A stretch of DNA of 64,000 nucleotides from Octopus vulgaris (lineage: Eukaryota). Both the position numbers and the translations under genes were made by a program. The stretch spans positions 137,454,001 to 137,518,000 of the forward strand of contig OX597818.1 in NCBI GenBank assembly GCA_951406725.2, read 5' to 3'. Below the pieces are notes generated by a model. That model saw only the letters and a program-made list of their open reading frames with translations. It ran no database searches and was not told the origin of the DNA. This document shows positions 1 through 12,799 of the stretch, piece after piece (within the stretch, counting starts at the first letter, position 1; each line of letters begins with the position of its first letter).

Positions 1-1
1 G

Positions 2-49
<48 letters not shown>

Positions 50-380
50 ATGATAGACTGCGTGAGTGTGAAATAAATTAAAATCTCTCTCTCTTTCCCT
101 CTCACTCTTTTGGGGAGAGGGTTTCTGGAGAGAAATTGGATGCAGAAGAGGGGGGATAATAAGAATAGGACAGTGTGGGCAGCAAAGAGAGATATACGAG
201 GGATGTGAGCTAAGGAGAGCAAACTAAGAGAGAATTAGGAGAGTAAAAGATTAATATAGAAATGGTGGATATAGATAGGTAGGTAAACATATAACTAAAG
301 TTTGCGCGCGCGCGTGTGTGTGTGTACGAGTAGGACTTTGTATTCACACACACACACAAACACATATATGTGTATCCACA

Positions 381-669
381 GGCGCATCACCTAAAGCTCC
401 ACGTGGCTCCGGCAGGGGATGGTGGTGTTCCCTGCTGTACTCTTTCACCACAACTTTCTCTCACTCTTATTTCCTGTTTCTGTTGTACCTGTATTTCAAG
501 GGGCCGGCCTTGTCACTCTCTGTGTCACGCTGAATATCCCCGAGAACTACGTTAAGGGTACACGTGTCTGTGGAGTGCTCAGCCACTTACACGTTAATTT
601 CACGAGCAGGCTGTTCCGTTGATTCGGATCAACCGGAACCCTCGTCGTCGTAACCGACGGAGTGCTTCC
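381..669 (+). mobile_element. tRNA-derived SINE family A, 5'-deleted copy
   Basis: Near-identical to the 3' ~280 bp of the full family-A copies (e.g. 25168-25555), ending in ccgacggagtgcttcc. Most of the tRNA head is missing. Confidence 0.85.
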
Positions 670-686
670 TACTACTACATGTATAT

Positions 687-1481
687 ACAGGCTGTTCCAA
701 ACAACCGAACAATGCATGCTTGTAGTCGGTATTTATTAGAATGCATTTCATTTTCAAGACTTAATAGAACAGACAGGATTTGATGTTTTTATGAATACCT
801 GTTTTCAAACTGATGATCATTTTGGTCCAAGTGCTGCTGATAACGCGAACATCAAGGAACATTTCGTTTGGCATTTGCGCGTGTCTCCTGCAATGGCAAC
901 TCTGTATTCGCCGACGCTTGCCGAATTTGTACCGTATCATTTAAGTGTTCCGTAACAAAGTCGCGTGAAGGCGTGTAGCTCAGTCGTAAGGATATTCGCT
1001 TCACGATCGTATAGTCGTGAGATCAATTCCTGGCAGCATGATTTTATCGATTTTTTCTGATGGTAAGGTATTGCATGAAAAACTAACGTCAGAATTAAGT
1101 TTCTTAGGGTAACGTTAAGCTTCACCATGAGTTTGGTGAAAATCGATTGCAAGTTGCAAAAACTACAACAGAAAATGTGTTCCATATAAAAAGCTTAGAT
1201 TCTCGATCCCATGTCGAATTTATCGATTTTTTTCAAAACGGGGGGAACTTTTCAAAATTTTCGCTGCGTTAGTTTTGAATTATAAGATTGGGCTATATGT
1301 GTGTGTCAAGTTTCATCAGAATCGGTTGAAAGCTGTGGTCAGGGTGAGGGTACAACCTGACAGACACACAGACACACAGACACACAGACAGACAAACTGC
1401 CGTTTATATAGAGAGAGATGATAATGTGGAAGTGCCTCATCTTGCAGGAAATAAAACTCCACATTCCAAAGTCCGCTTGAA
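687..1481 (-). pseudogene. Tc1/mariner-superfamily transposase remnant, interrupted by a Helitron
   Basis: Minus strand reads FYFLQDEALPHY (QQDGAPPHY-like, ~1420-1460), resumes after the Helitron as FVTEHLNDT...QHLDQNDHQFEN, and ends in a TA|CAGGCTGTTCCAAA TIR-like end at 687. Confidence 0.55.
968..1418 (-). mobile_element. Non-autonomous Helitron-like element (3' end truncated or unclear)
   Basis: Minus-strand start A|TCTCTCTCTATATAAACGGCAGTTTGTCTGTCTG, a CTGT-type microsatellite, then ACCGATTCTGATGAAACTTG. This is typical of non-autonomous Helitron 5' regions. Confidence 0.55.
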
Positions 1482-1865
1482 TATTGTGTTGTCCGGAAAG
1501 TTCGTGCCGATTTATAGTAGCTTACCTTTCGACTTATTTTAGAACATGGTTGAGTCCATAAAATAGGATTTGACTACACTTCCATTTGGTGCACAGTTTA
1601 AGCTATCTTTTCGTGGAAGATGGTTTATGTTCCTATAACGTGTGTTAATTCTGTAACCCTTTAAAATGGAAGATAAGAAAGTTCATTTTCGGCACTTGAT
1701 GCTTTGGGAACCAGAAAAAAAATTGCTGCAGCTCGACTGAGATGTGTTACCCCACCCCACCATATTCACCAGATATTGCTCCTTCGGATTTCTACTTATT
1801 CAGGTCTCTGCAGAATAGTCTTAATGGTAAAAAATTCAATTCCTTGGATGACGTAAAAAGATACC
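1482..1865 (+). mobile_element. mariner internal-deletion derivative
   Basis: TA + TIR-like TTGTGTTGTCCGGAAAGTT. The N-terminus MEDKKVHFRHLML is fused to the C-terminal HPPYSPDIAPSDFYLFRSLQNSLNGKKF (mariner YSPDLAPSD motif). Confidence 0.85.
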
Positions 1866-2254
1866 ATCTACTTCAAATATACGTCTGACGGGATTGGTGG
1901 TAAGTTACAAAGGTGGATATTTTTGAAACTCTCTCCGAATCTGTTTCTGCACTTCGTACCTGAAAAAGAACCAGACTGATTATATATTTTATAGCCTTGA
2001 TTTACAAAATATCTTCAGATTGGCTTCGAAACACATGGAGTACGGAAAAATCATTTTTCATTCTTTTGCACCTATCAATGTATAAATATTTATATATATG
2101 TATATATGTATGTGTGCATATATAAACACACACACACACACAACATATATATATATTTATACACCCTAGCATATGCATACGTATATATATATATATGATG
2201 AAATGATCGATTTCACATACATGACATACATATGTTATTCTTCATACTATTGAC

Positions 2255-2352
<98 letters not shown>

Positions 2353-3136
2353 CATGCATTATATAAGATAATTTTCCCACCTTACCAGCCGGCTGGCTTC
2401 ATTCAAAAGCTAAAACGATATATAACTACATCCGATAGTCTGGTCGATCCCGTAATCAATAAATATTATATATGTATATATGTACATATACATATATAGT
2501 ATATTCGCCGGTTTGGGGTGTGAGTATGCATGACGAAATATCTAATTTTCGGATAATGGATAAATATATTGTATCGTTATGTATTACATAACTTCAAATA
2601 TTATCTCTATCGACGTCCAAAATTTTTATACATATTTGATGCAGACATACAGCTCTACATAACCATTGCCATACGAACGCTTATATATTTATTTGCTACA
2701 TATACATAGACATCGAGGCATGCATAAAAGTGTATATTTATGTCTGTATATATATATATACTCTCCTTTACTCTTTTACGTGTTTCAGTCATTTGACTGC
2801 GGCCATGCTGGAGCAACGCCTTTTAGTCGAGCAAATCGACCCCGGGACTTATTCTTTGCAAGCCCAGTACTTATTCTATCGGTCTCTTTTTTGCCGAACC
2901 GCTAAGTAACGGGGACGTAAACACACCAGCATCGGTTGTCAAGCAATGCTAGGGGGACAAACACAGATACAAACACACATACATATATATATATACGACA
3001 GGCTTCTTTCAGTTTCCGTCTACCAAATCCACTCACAAGGCATTGGTCGGCCCGGGGCTATAGCAGAAGCCACTTGCCCAAGATGCCACGCAGTGGGACT
3101 GAACCCGGAACCATGTGGTTGGTTAGCAAGCTACTT

Positions 3137-5373
3137 TATTTCAAAACATTTGCCATAAAGGCAGTACACAGATTAAGTTAGCTTTGCGGGCTGGACGAGG
3201 ACATTAATGAGGTGAATGATAATGAAAGAAAGATGATAAGGATGGGAGAAGACAGAAAGCGCCCGCCGACTTTTGCTTCTCTAAAACATTGTTCTTTTTA
3301 AAAAAGATTAACACAAAACGAGGTATTAAACCTCTTACAATTTTTCCAATTTTGGGCTTAGCAGTCCATTATTAATACAAAACGAGGTATTAATTCTCTT
3401 ACAATTTTTCAATTTTTGGACTTAAGTCCATTACTAATAATACATATCGTCCTCGAAATAGCTTGTGCCCGCGCCCTCCACCATCAACCACGCCTCCCTC
3501 AGAACGTAGTCAAGTTCCGAGTTCGCGTCGCCCGGGACCAAGTTATAGTCTTCATTGAGCTCCTTTAGCCCTAGCGTCACGTCGAACGCCACGGCCTCCA
3601 CAGCTACCTGCGGAGGCCATTCGGGGTCCTGTGTGAAGGCTAAAGGTGCTCCCTTGTAGTGCTCTTCCATCACTTTTTCAATTTCTCCTCCTCTATAGAA
3701 GAGGACCAATACATTCAGTTCTTTCGTTGGCGGCACAGTTTCCGCCAACGGTATTCCTTCTCTTGTCGGTGGCACAACCCCAACCGACGTAGTTCCGCGA
3801 CATTCCGGTGCCACACTGACAGCCGGCAACGTCCCGTTTTTCTTCCTCTTTTTCTTTTTTTTTCCCTTTTCAACTGAGGGAGGGTGCGTCTCCTCCGTGG
3901 CTGGAAGATTCGCCCTCCTCTCCTCATCCCTATTATCCTTTGGTGAGCACCCATTGTTGCTCACCTTCCTCTTTCGGCCTCTGCTTGAGGAGTCCTCTGC
4001 TTTCTCGGCCGTTATCGTTCCCTCTTCTAGAGGGGTTTTACTTAACTGTTCCGGGATCCTATTTTGTTCCCGAGGACAGTTCTTCTTTATGTGGCCGGAC
4101 TCCAAGCACCGATGACACTTAGGGGGGCGACCCTCAAGCATCACCGGGTACCTGCACCCGGCCATTTTCAAAAAATCTGGAAAAACCAGATTGGCTGATT
4201 GGGTCCACAGGGTCAAAACTGCTTTCGAGCCAACCCAAGCAGCCGCAGGAAGAACTTTTACATTGAGGAGCTTAGTTTCGCTGTCACCCAGACCCCGGCG
4301 GATAGTCTCCTCTATCCACTCGGGTTCTATGTCGGGTGGCAGTCCGCAGATCCAAGCTTTCATTAATTTCTTTTTTTTGTAAGTGGGCAGGAATAAGATT
4401 TCCTTACCCTCCAAGGGTTCGCTAGCAAATTTGCAAGCCTCTTCAGGGGTGTCAAACAGCAACCACACCGTTCCATATTTGACACCCCTGGAAATGAATT
4501 TAATTGTTGGCAAATACTCCTCCAACTCCTCCTCAATTGCCGTCTTTTCGAATAGGGCGATGGTGTCAAGTGCCTTGGAGTAGGTTCTCAACACCACCGT
4601 CCTATCTTCACGGTCCTTCAACCACTTTTTGGGTGGTATGATTTCCCACTCCAAAACTTTGTTATTTTTCATTGCCATGTTTTTAAAAAATATATTCAAA
4701 TTAGACTCAAAAGCAGGAAGAAAAAAGTTCAAAAGTCTAAATAAATTTGATAGATTTTTGAAAAAACAAAAAGGAGAAAGCACAACAGAAGGGAAGAAAT
4801 TAACGGAAAGTCGCAATAAAGAAAAAACAAAAAGGGGGGGGGGGGTAAATGAAGTTCAAAAGAAAGTTAATAAACAGAAAAAACACAGCAAAAATATTCT
4901 GCGGTACTCCCGGCCTGGGTTGAACCTGGAACGCCGCAACTGCAACACAACCTCCACAAAAATGGGTCCGAAAGGTAATCCAATAGTGGCTTATTTTTAT
5001 ACTTTTCTTGCGAAGTACTCTGACAAGGGAATAAATTCAGCAAACTCAAACACAGCACTGGTTACTGCCAACGGTAATTTTAACAGTAACTGTATTGAAT
5101 CCTGAGTATACGCCCCTCCACTGTTTTTTTTTTTTTTTTTTTTTCAATGAACACAAAAACGGCAGCCGCCTAGCGCAGGCGAAATTGTCTCAGAGTTGGA
5201 CACAACCTACTGAAATAATAATTGGCACGCAATAAATTATGCCCAACTCACAATAAACAAAATCACTTACCTCGACAACTTTCCGTTTTTGGTATTTTTT
5301 CTTTAGTTGGAAGGAGTTTGTTACTCACGTCCACTCTAGCTCAACAGGAAGCAACCGACTAACTGCGCATGTG
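3137..5373 (-). mobile_element. ORF1-only non-LTR retroelement (Tx1/L1-type, HAL1-like architecture)
   Basis: Perfect 17-bp TSD TGGTTAGCAAGCTACTT (3120-3136 and 5374-5390). One long ORF, ~695-nt 5' region, ~300-nt 3' UTR, AATAAA straddling the 3' junction, and no room for an ORF2. Confidence 0.85.
3434..4678 (-). CDS. Tx1/L1-type ORF1 (gag-like) nucleic-acid-binding protein, 414 aa from the first ATG
   Basis: Uninterrupted ORF. RRM-like segments (KAWICGLPPDIEPEWI), FPDFLKMAGCRYPVMLEGRPPK followed by the CCHC knuckle CHRCLESGHIKKNC, basic patches RGRKRK and KGKKKKKRKK, and an acidic C-terminal segment. Confidence 0.85.
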   Translation of the reverse strand: MAMKNNKVLEWEIIPPKKWLKDREDRTVVLRTYSKALDTIALFEKTAIEEELEEYLPTIKFISRGVKYGTVWLLFDTPEEACKFASEPLEGKEILFLPTYKKKKLMKAWICGLPPDIEPEWIEETIRRGLGDSETKLLNVKVLPAAAWVGSKAVLTLWTQSANLVFPDFLKMAGCRYPVMLEGRPPKCHRCLESGHIKKNCPREQNRIPEQLSKTPLEEGTITAEKAEDSSSRGRKRKVSNNGCSPKDNRDEERRANLPATEETHPPSVEKGKKKKKRKKNGTLPAVSVAPECRGTTSVGVVPPTREGIPLAETVPPTKELNVLVLFYRGGEIEKVMEEHYKGAPLAFTQDPEWPPQVAVEAVAFDVTLGLKELNEDYNLVPGDANSELDYVLREAWLMVEGAGTSYFEDDMYY

Positions 5374-5657
5374 TGGTTAGCAAGCTACTTACCACACAGC
5401 CACTCCTGCGCCTATATATATATACGGCAGCTGAAGAAGGGAAATGTTCCTTGTATTGTTTGTCTTGTACTCTGTTTTTTTCGTTGTTAAAAAAAGTCCG
5501 TTTCCTTGTTTAGTTTTATGTTTTCGTTTCTCGTTGTGTTCTACGTTTATTTGTGGTGTTCTGTACTCATATATGCATGTATATATACATATAGATGTAT
5601 GTATGTATATATATATATATGTATGTATGCATGCATATGTTTTATTTATTAAATTGT

Positions 5658-5720
<63 letters not shown>

Positions 5721-5750
5721 AATATCTATCTATCTATCTATCTATCTATC

Positions 5751-5788
<38 letters not shown>

Positions 5789-5790
5789 AT

Positions 5791-5824
<34 letters not shown>

Positions 5825-5857
5825 ACATATATAGATACACACACGCACGCACACATA

Positions 5858-5911
<54 letters not shown>

Positions 5912-6113
5912 ATAAATACATACAGACATACACGCATGCACATGCTTGCCTGTTTGCCTGTGTGTTTTGAAAATATACGCAGATTAAAATATTTACTGAA
6001 GCTTAAAAAAAAAAAATAAATGTATTAAAAAATGGAAAAACGTGCATGAACATATATTCTCCACAATGTACCGAGTACACTTTTGCGTCTGTTCCTAAAA
6101 TCATATGTGGTAA

Positions 6114-6186
<73 letters not shown>

Positions 6187-6258
6187 GTCTGTCTGTCTAT
6201 CTATCTATTTGTCTTTCCGTCTGTCTGACATAAGTGTACTCTGTGCACACACGTACAC

Positions 6259-6296
<38 letters not shown>

Positions 6297-6511
6297 CAGA
6301 GATCTATGATTTGTGTTTGGGTTAGCACAGATATGATTACTTAAGGTTTGTTGATATATATATATGATATCTATCTATCTATATATATATATACATATAT
6401 ATTTATGTATGTGTGTATATATACACACACATATATATATGTATGTATATATATACACATACATATATCTATACACATATGCATACATAAACATATATAT
6501 ATACATGCAAA

Positions 6512-6622
<111 letters not shown>

Positions 6623-6908
6623 AGATATATATAAAAGATATATACGTACGTAAATATATATGTGTGTGTGTCTGTGTTAGTGTCTGGCTGTGTATGTGAG
6701 TGTATATTGTGTGTATGTATGCATTATATGTGCTAATACGTGTTTGTTATTACAACATTGGAAATAATGGATTCACCACTGTGTATGTTGATAAGAAATT
6801 GTATCACAATAAAATTAACTGAGCATCGATTTCTCCATCTCCTGGGGGAAAAAGAAACAAGATATCGTATATTCAATCAGAAGTGCACTGATTTGGTATA
6901 TATGTATA

Positions 6909-6980
<72 letters not shown>

Positions 6981-7419
6981 CATATATATACATATATATA
7001 TATATGTATATATATGTGTGTCTGTGTCTGTGTGTATGTATGCATATGCACATATCTATACATATACGTAGATATATATTTTGTATATACACAAGCACAC
7101 ACGCACGTACACGTCCATAAATTTATATATCCATACTTAACTGCATATATGCATATATGACTACATATAAGTAGATATAGTAGTGTGTATATGCATATAT
7201 ATAAATATATGCTTACATATATATACAAATATATGCATATATATACATATATATATATATACCTATATAAATATACATACACTTATATAAATATATATAA
7301 ATACATACATACTGAACATGTATGTACGTATATATATGTAAGAATGCATGATATATGATTATGTATATGTGCGTATGTATGATATGTAAGATATGTATGT
7401 ATATTATTCTAAGTTAAGT

Positions 7420-7451
<32 letters not shown>

Positions 7452-7983
7452 TGTATGCATGTATGTATGTATGTATGTATGTATGTATGTATGTATGTAT
7501 GTATGTATGTATGTATGTATGCATGCATGTATATATGTATATATGTACTGGAATCACATCAAGCTAGATTAAGTTTGGATTTATTCATCTAGAAATTTAG
7601 AAATATAGAAATTTTTGAGATGAGATTAATCTCTGGTTAAGAGTATTTTTTTAATTATTTGATTAACATAGATGTGAACTGCGGCTTGTAACACCATCTC
7701 TAGTTGATGTGTTATATATAATAAATACATACAAACATATAAAATCGATGACTTACCTCGCTGTAACTTCAAAGTGACTGCCAATGCTGTTCTTGTTAAA
7801 AAATAGAATATTATTCATATATATATATATAAATGAGTAAATGTAATGACAGGCAAGTTAGGCAAGTCGATATACCAAAAATATTAGATGCATTTAATAC
7901 AAAATACTTACATATGTGTACATATAAAATGTTCGACTCACACAGAAGAAAGGGTTTGAGTAAGTGTTTTGCGAGTTTTACGA

Positions 7984-8077
7984 CTCCAACAGCTGTTTCT
8001 GGGGTCTTGGTGATCTAAAATACTGATTGTATCTTGATTCCATCATCGGATAACACCAGCCCCAGTCTTCAGGAAAG
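7984..8077 (-). ncRNA. Type I hammerhead ribozyme motif (Penelope-end fragment)
   Basis: Minus strand: TTTC-CTGAAGA-C-TGGGG...CCCCA-GAAA-CAGCTG (palindromic stem III)-TT-GGAG. Confidence 0.65.
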
Positions 8078-8094
8078 AAGTTTACACCTGTCTT

Positions 8095-8168
<74 letters not shown>

Positions 8169-8244
8169 ATATATATATATGTATGTATATATATGTATAT
8201 ATATATATATGTATATATATATGTATATATGTATATATATATGT

Positions 8245-8278
<34 letters not shown>

Positions 8279-8544
8279 ATAAAAGAAAAACAACTATTAT
8301 GTAATTCAAACAATGCTAGACGTAAATGACACCATATAGAAAAAATAAAATATATGATAAATCATTTATCTAGATCACAAAAAGTACATAATAATAAATA
8401 AACTGTATATAATTAGTAAATAGACTACGTACATTTCGTGGCTATATCTTCAATTCAAATTACAATTAAATTAAAATTTTATCGATCCCAAAACAATTCA
8501 ATTGTTTTCACTATTTAGCTATTGTATATCTATATCCTTAATAT

Positions 8545-9852
8545 AGTCGCGCCAACAGTGTGACTATGTGTTCAGGAAATCCCGTATCCTTCATGAGGTC
8601 TCACGCAGTCGAAGGCTTAGAGTAGTCGATGAAACACACGTAAAGTGGCATGTTACATTCCTTAACTTCTCGATCATCATCCTGATGTTGACTATCTGTT
8701 CCCTTGTTCCTCTACCCTTGACGAAGCCGGCTTGTTCCTCAGCGATGGCACTGGTTCGGCATTGAGAGGGGTGTCCGACATGGATGTGTTCTGTCTCCAT
8801 AACTGTACAACATCTATGCAGAAAACATTATAAGAGCGGTGAAGGAGAACTAAGACGGTGGTGTGCAGATTGGCAGAGAAAGGCAGTGCAATCTGAGATA
8901 CGCCGGTGACACAATCTTCATAAGTAACAGCAAGGACGAATTGCTGCAGATGATACGAAAAGTGAAAGACATGGGTGCACAAAGTGACCTATTCCTGCAT
9001 GTAAATAAGACAAAGATCTTGGTAGTGGAGAAGTACAGTGGAGAAGGTGACTTCACCGTAGACGGAGAGATGATTCAGGAAGTGGATGATTTTGTGTACT
9101 TGGGATCCACAATCAGCACCAGTGGAACAAGTACACCAGAGATACGGAGAAGGCTCGCGATAGCGAGGCAAGCGGTACAAGATATGGAGAACATCTGGAA
9201 GAGTCGTGGCGTGTCAATGCTGCTGAAGATAAGGCTACTTTTCGGGCTACCGCTTTCTCTATTGCGACGGACGGCTGCGAGTCGTGGATAATGTTGAAGG
9301 CAGATGAGAAAATGTGGTGTTACCGTAGAATCCTTAGAGTGTCGTGGACGGAGAGAAGGACGAACAACTGGGTACTAGAAAAGCTCAGCTGCGAGATGAC
9401 GCTTCGTCGAAACATCATGAAGCGGAAGCTACGGTTCTTTGGTCACGTCATGCGCCGGGATGGACTTGAGCGAACGAACATAACTGGCAAGGTGAACGGC
9501 AGATGTAAAAGAGGCAGACCACCCACCCACTTCTTGGCTGAAAGACATCGCAGCCACAGGATTGTCTTTATTCTCTGCCGCAACGTTCTGAGTTCAAATT
9601 CCGCCGAGGTCGACTTTGCCTTTCATCCTTTCGGGGTCGATTAAATAAGTACCAGTTACGCACTGGGTCGATATAATCGACTTAATGCCTTTGTCTGTCC
9701 TTGTTCGTCCCCTCTGTGTGTGACCCCTTGTGGGTAGTAAAGAAATATTTATTCTCAGCTGTCCATGGGGTAGAGGAGAGGAGAAGGTGGCAAGACATCG
9801 TGATGACCACAGCATCGCATTGTGCGACACCTGACTAGCATGATAATGATGA
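8545..9852 (+). mobile_element. 5'-truncated RTE-clade LINE with inverted 5' segment (~8560-8790 on minus) and (TGA)n tail
   Basis: Minus segment IAEEQAGFVKGRGTREQIVNIR. Plus segments NLRYAGDT...FVYLGS...EIRRRLAIAR and MWCYRRILRVSWTER...RFFGHVMR...GRP, with frameshifts. Tail tgataatgatga at ~9841-9852. Confidence 0.9.
9574..9747 (+). mobile_element. SINE family C, 5'-truncated, nested in the RTE 3' end
   Basis: Matches the 3' part of the full copy at 41883-42117. Confidence 0.85.
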
Positions 9853-9863
9853 CATCTATATAG

Positions 9864-9926
<63 letters not shown>

Positions 9927-9974
9927 CTTGTATCTATCTATCTATCTACTTGTATCTATCTATCTATCTGTCTG

Positions 9975-10013
<39 letters not shown>

Positions 10014-10070
10014 ATCTATCTATCTATCTTTCTATCTATCTATCTATCTATCAATCTATCTATATATCTG

Positions 10071-10141
<71 letters not shown>

Positions 10142-10336
10142 GTGTGCCTATCTGTCTGTCCCTCTGTTTGTATGTATGTATGTATGTATGTATGTATGTA
10201 TCTATGTATGTATGTATGTATGTATGCATATGAGTCTGTACGTGCACATTTATAAACATATAGAAAAGCACACACACACACACACGCACGACCCCCTCTC
10301 TCTCTCTCTTTCTCATGCTCACTTTCTCTGCAAAAG

Positions 10337-10404
<68 letters not shown>

Positions 10405-10405
10405 G

Positions 10406-10449
<44 letters not shown>

Positions 10450-10785
10450 TACACACGCACACACTTATTGATATGTGACACTATATGGTAAACTTTTGTG
10501 ACATTTACGCAATATTTCAACCGCAGATCTGATTTATTAACGCCCAACGCCCATTTATATGCTTGATTGAAGAGAATACAACATTTATCGAGGTGCTCTG
10601 AAATATTTACGCATCATATGAATTTGAGAAGAACCTGTAAAGTGACATCCTACACAATCTATTTGTTTACATGTGTCTTGCTCGCAACTTAAAGGGAGAA
10701 AATGTCTAGAGAAAAGAATCAATCACATGAAAACTATTCCACAGGTTTTTGTTGCAGTTCTCTTGTATTACGCTGTAGAAGGAGT

Positions 10786-11010
10786 TTACTCTTTTACTCT
10801 TTTACTTGTTTCAGTCATTTGACTGCGGCCATGCTGGAGCACCGCCTTTAATCGAGCAACTCGACCCCGGGACTTACTCTTTTGTAAGCCCAGTACTAAT
10901 TCTATCGGTCTCTTTTGCCGAACCGCTAAGTAACGGGGACATAAACACACCAGCATCGGTTGTCAAGCAATGCTAGGGGGACAAACACAGACACACAAAT
11001 ACACACATGC

Positions 11011-11082
<72 letters not shown>

Positions 11083-11375
11083 AATAATAGATGTTCGCCT
11101 GGGGCTAAATGCATCAGTAACACCCCCACCACCCCGCCCTGACCCTAGCCACATTCAGATGGCTGATCCCCCTTATGTTATATATATATATATATATATA
11201 TACATATATACGACGGGCTTCTTTCAGTTTCCGTCGACCAAATCCACTCACAAGGCTTTGGTCCGCCCGAGGCTATAGTAGAAGACACTTGCCCAAGGTG
11301 CCACGCAGTGGGACTGAACCCGTAACCATGTGGTTGGTAAACAAGCTACTTACCACACAGCAACTCCAGCGCCTA
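10786..11375 (-). mobile_element. SINE family B (tRNA head, internal microsatellite, GTAAAAGA-repeat tail)
   Basis: Minus strand has A-box-like TGGCTGTGTGG-type head and B-box GGTTCAGTCCC. A ~100-bp foreign insert lies in the internal (TA)n at 11080-11180. Confidence 0.88.
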
Positions 11376-11912
11376 TAAAATTTATAAAATTTATGTTCAT
11401 ATTTTCGCTTGTTTCAAATGAAAAGTTGTTTCAGGTTAAATTTATTAAATTATAAGATTCTGTATATACGGTAACCTTTTTTGCACAAAGCCTTAAAATT
11501 CGGGGGAATTGGGTAATTCAATTATATCGATCTCAGTGCTCAACTGGTACTTATTTTATCGACCTCAAAAGGACGAATGGCAAAGTCGGCCTTGGTAAAA
11601 TCTGAACTCAGAAGAAATGTCACAAAGCACTTTGTCTAGCACGGTAACGATTCCACCAGCTCCTTAAAGCAATTAAAGATATTAACAAACTTCAGAGCAT
11701 GTGTTAGATGACCTTCAAATGTTAACGCAAATGTTCCTATTTTACACCCTTTTCCTCTTGGCTTTTGCTGCAACAATGCTGTGTGTCCATATGTTTAAGG
11801 GGCCATTGGAATACGCTTTGTTTTCTGTGCTCTCATTCAGACTACCATCTGGTAATTTGCTTAATTTATGACCATCGTGAAATGTTTGTCATTCTACCTT
11901 ACGCAAACTATA

Positions 11913-12212
11913 TCTTTATATATAAAAGTGAAGTTGTGTGAGTGTCTGTCTCCTACGATTTAGATTCCTAATTACTCCCACAGTTTGCGGTGCAGTTTAA
12001 CCAAAAGCGGGTATCTTATAGTCGTGATTTATATCGAGCCCTTCTGGGTATTAGCGCGCGTCTACGATGAGTCTACGATTTTAAAAAAATTTAACATCAT
12101 TTTTCCCATTTTAATGCATTTTTTTGCTATTATATACGAGAAGTAACTCTCTAAAAATGCTTAAATAGTTATTTCCCTTACAAACCTGAACAACGCCGGG
12201 CAATACTGCTAG
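11913..12212 (+). mobile_element. Non-autonomous Helitron, complete
   Basis: A|TC 5' end, subterminal hairpin CCTG-AACAACGC-CGGG, CTAG|T 3' end, no TSD. Second copy at 48192. Confidence 0.85.
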
Positions 12213-12410
12213 TAATTTATAAAATTTCCAAGTTATACGCTTTCCATAAATAAATGTATTTGAAATTAAAGTTTAATATCTTACTCGTGATATCAATTAA
12301 GACTGAAATATGTACAGGCAACCGAATCTTACTATTGAAATAATTTTACGAAAGAAATTAAACGTTTTTTTTTCCTTTCCATATATAAAAATGTTAGGGC
12401 CTACTACTAC

Positions 12411-12473
<63 letters not shown>

Positions 12474-12799
12474 CATCATCATCATCATCATTATGTTAGT
12501 GTGTGTGTGTGTGCGTATGTGTGTACATCAAAATAAGTGGCGGGATGTCAACTAGTAATGCAATACGACCATTTCAAGCGGCCTGTAATCATTACATCAG
12601 TGTAAATACAGCACTAGCTTCAGCTGCGTGAAATATGGATTTTCAACAGACAAACTATATGAATATAATTTTTCTTAAAATATTTTAACAGAGCAAGACA
12701 ATAATACCAGACTGACTTGGTCCTTCAACTTAAGTACTTAATTCAACTGAATAGTAATTACTTTATATATATAAACCTCGCTAACATAAATATTTCAAT

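Larger units (their letters stand above)
2761..5414 (-). mobile_element. SINE family B copy split by a 2.24-kb insertion (host parts 2761-3136 and 5374-5414)
   Basis: The two parts join into the same sequence as the intact family-B copies at 38151-38565 and 62311-62708. Confidence 0.9.

Noticed and set aside
419-622. Recurrent 67-aa ORF MVVIPAVLFHHNF...
   Set aside because: It recurs only because it lies in young SINE family A copies.
4679-4816. N-terminal 46 aa of the 460-aa ORF call
   Set aside because: Starts at a non-ATG codon in T-rich UTR-like sequence. The first ATG is at 4678.
5424-5570. Hammerhead at CTGAAGA (~5430)
   Set aside because: A stem follows, but GAAA and stem III are missing. 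At most a broken PLE-end fragment.
11670-11900. Possible hAT transposase fragment (WTHS...LKFVNIF on minus)
   Set aside because: Short, frameshifted, and the similarity is too weak to support.
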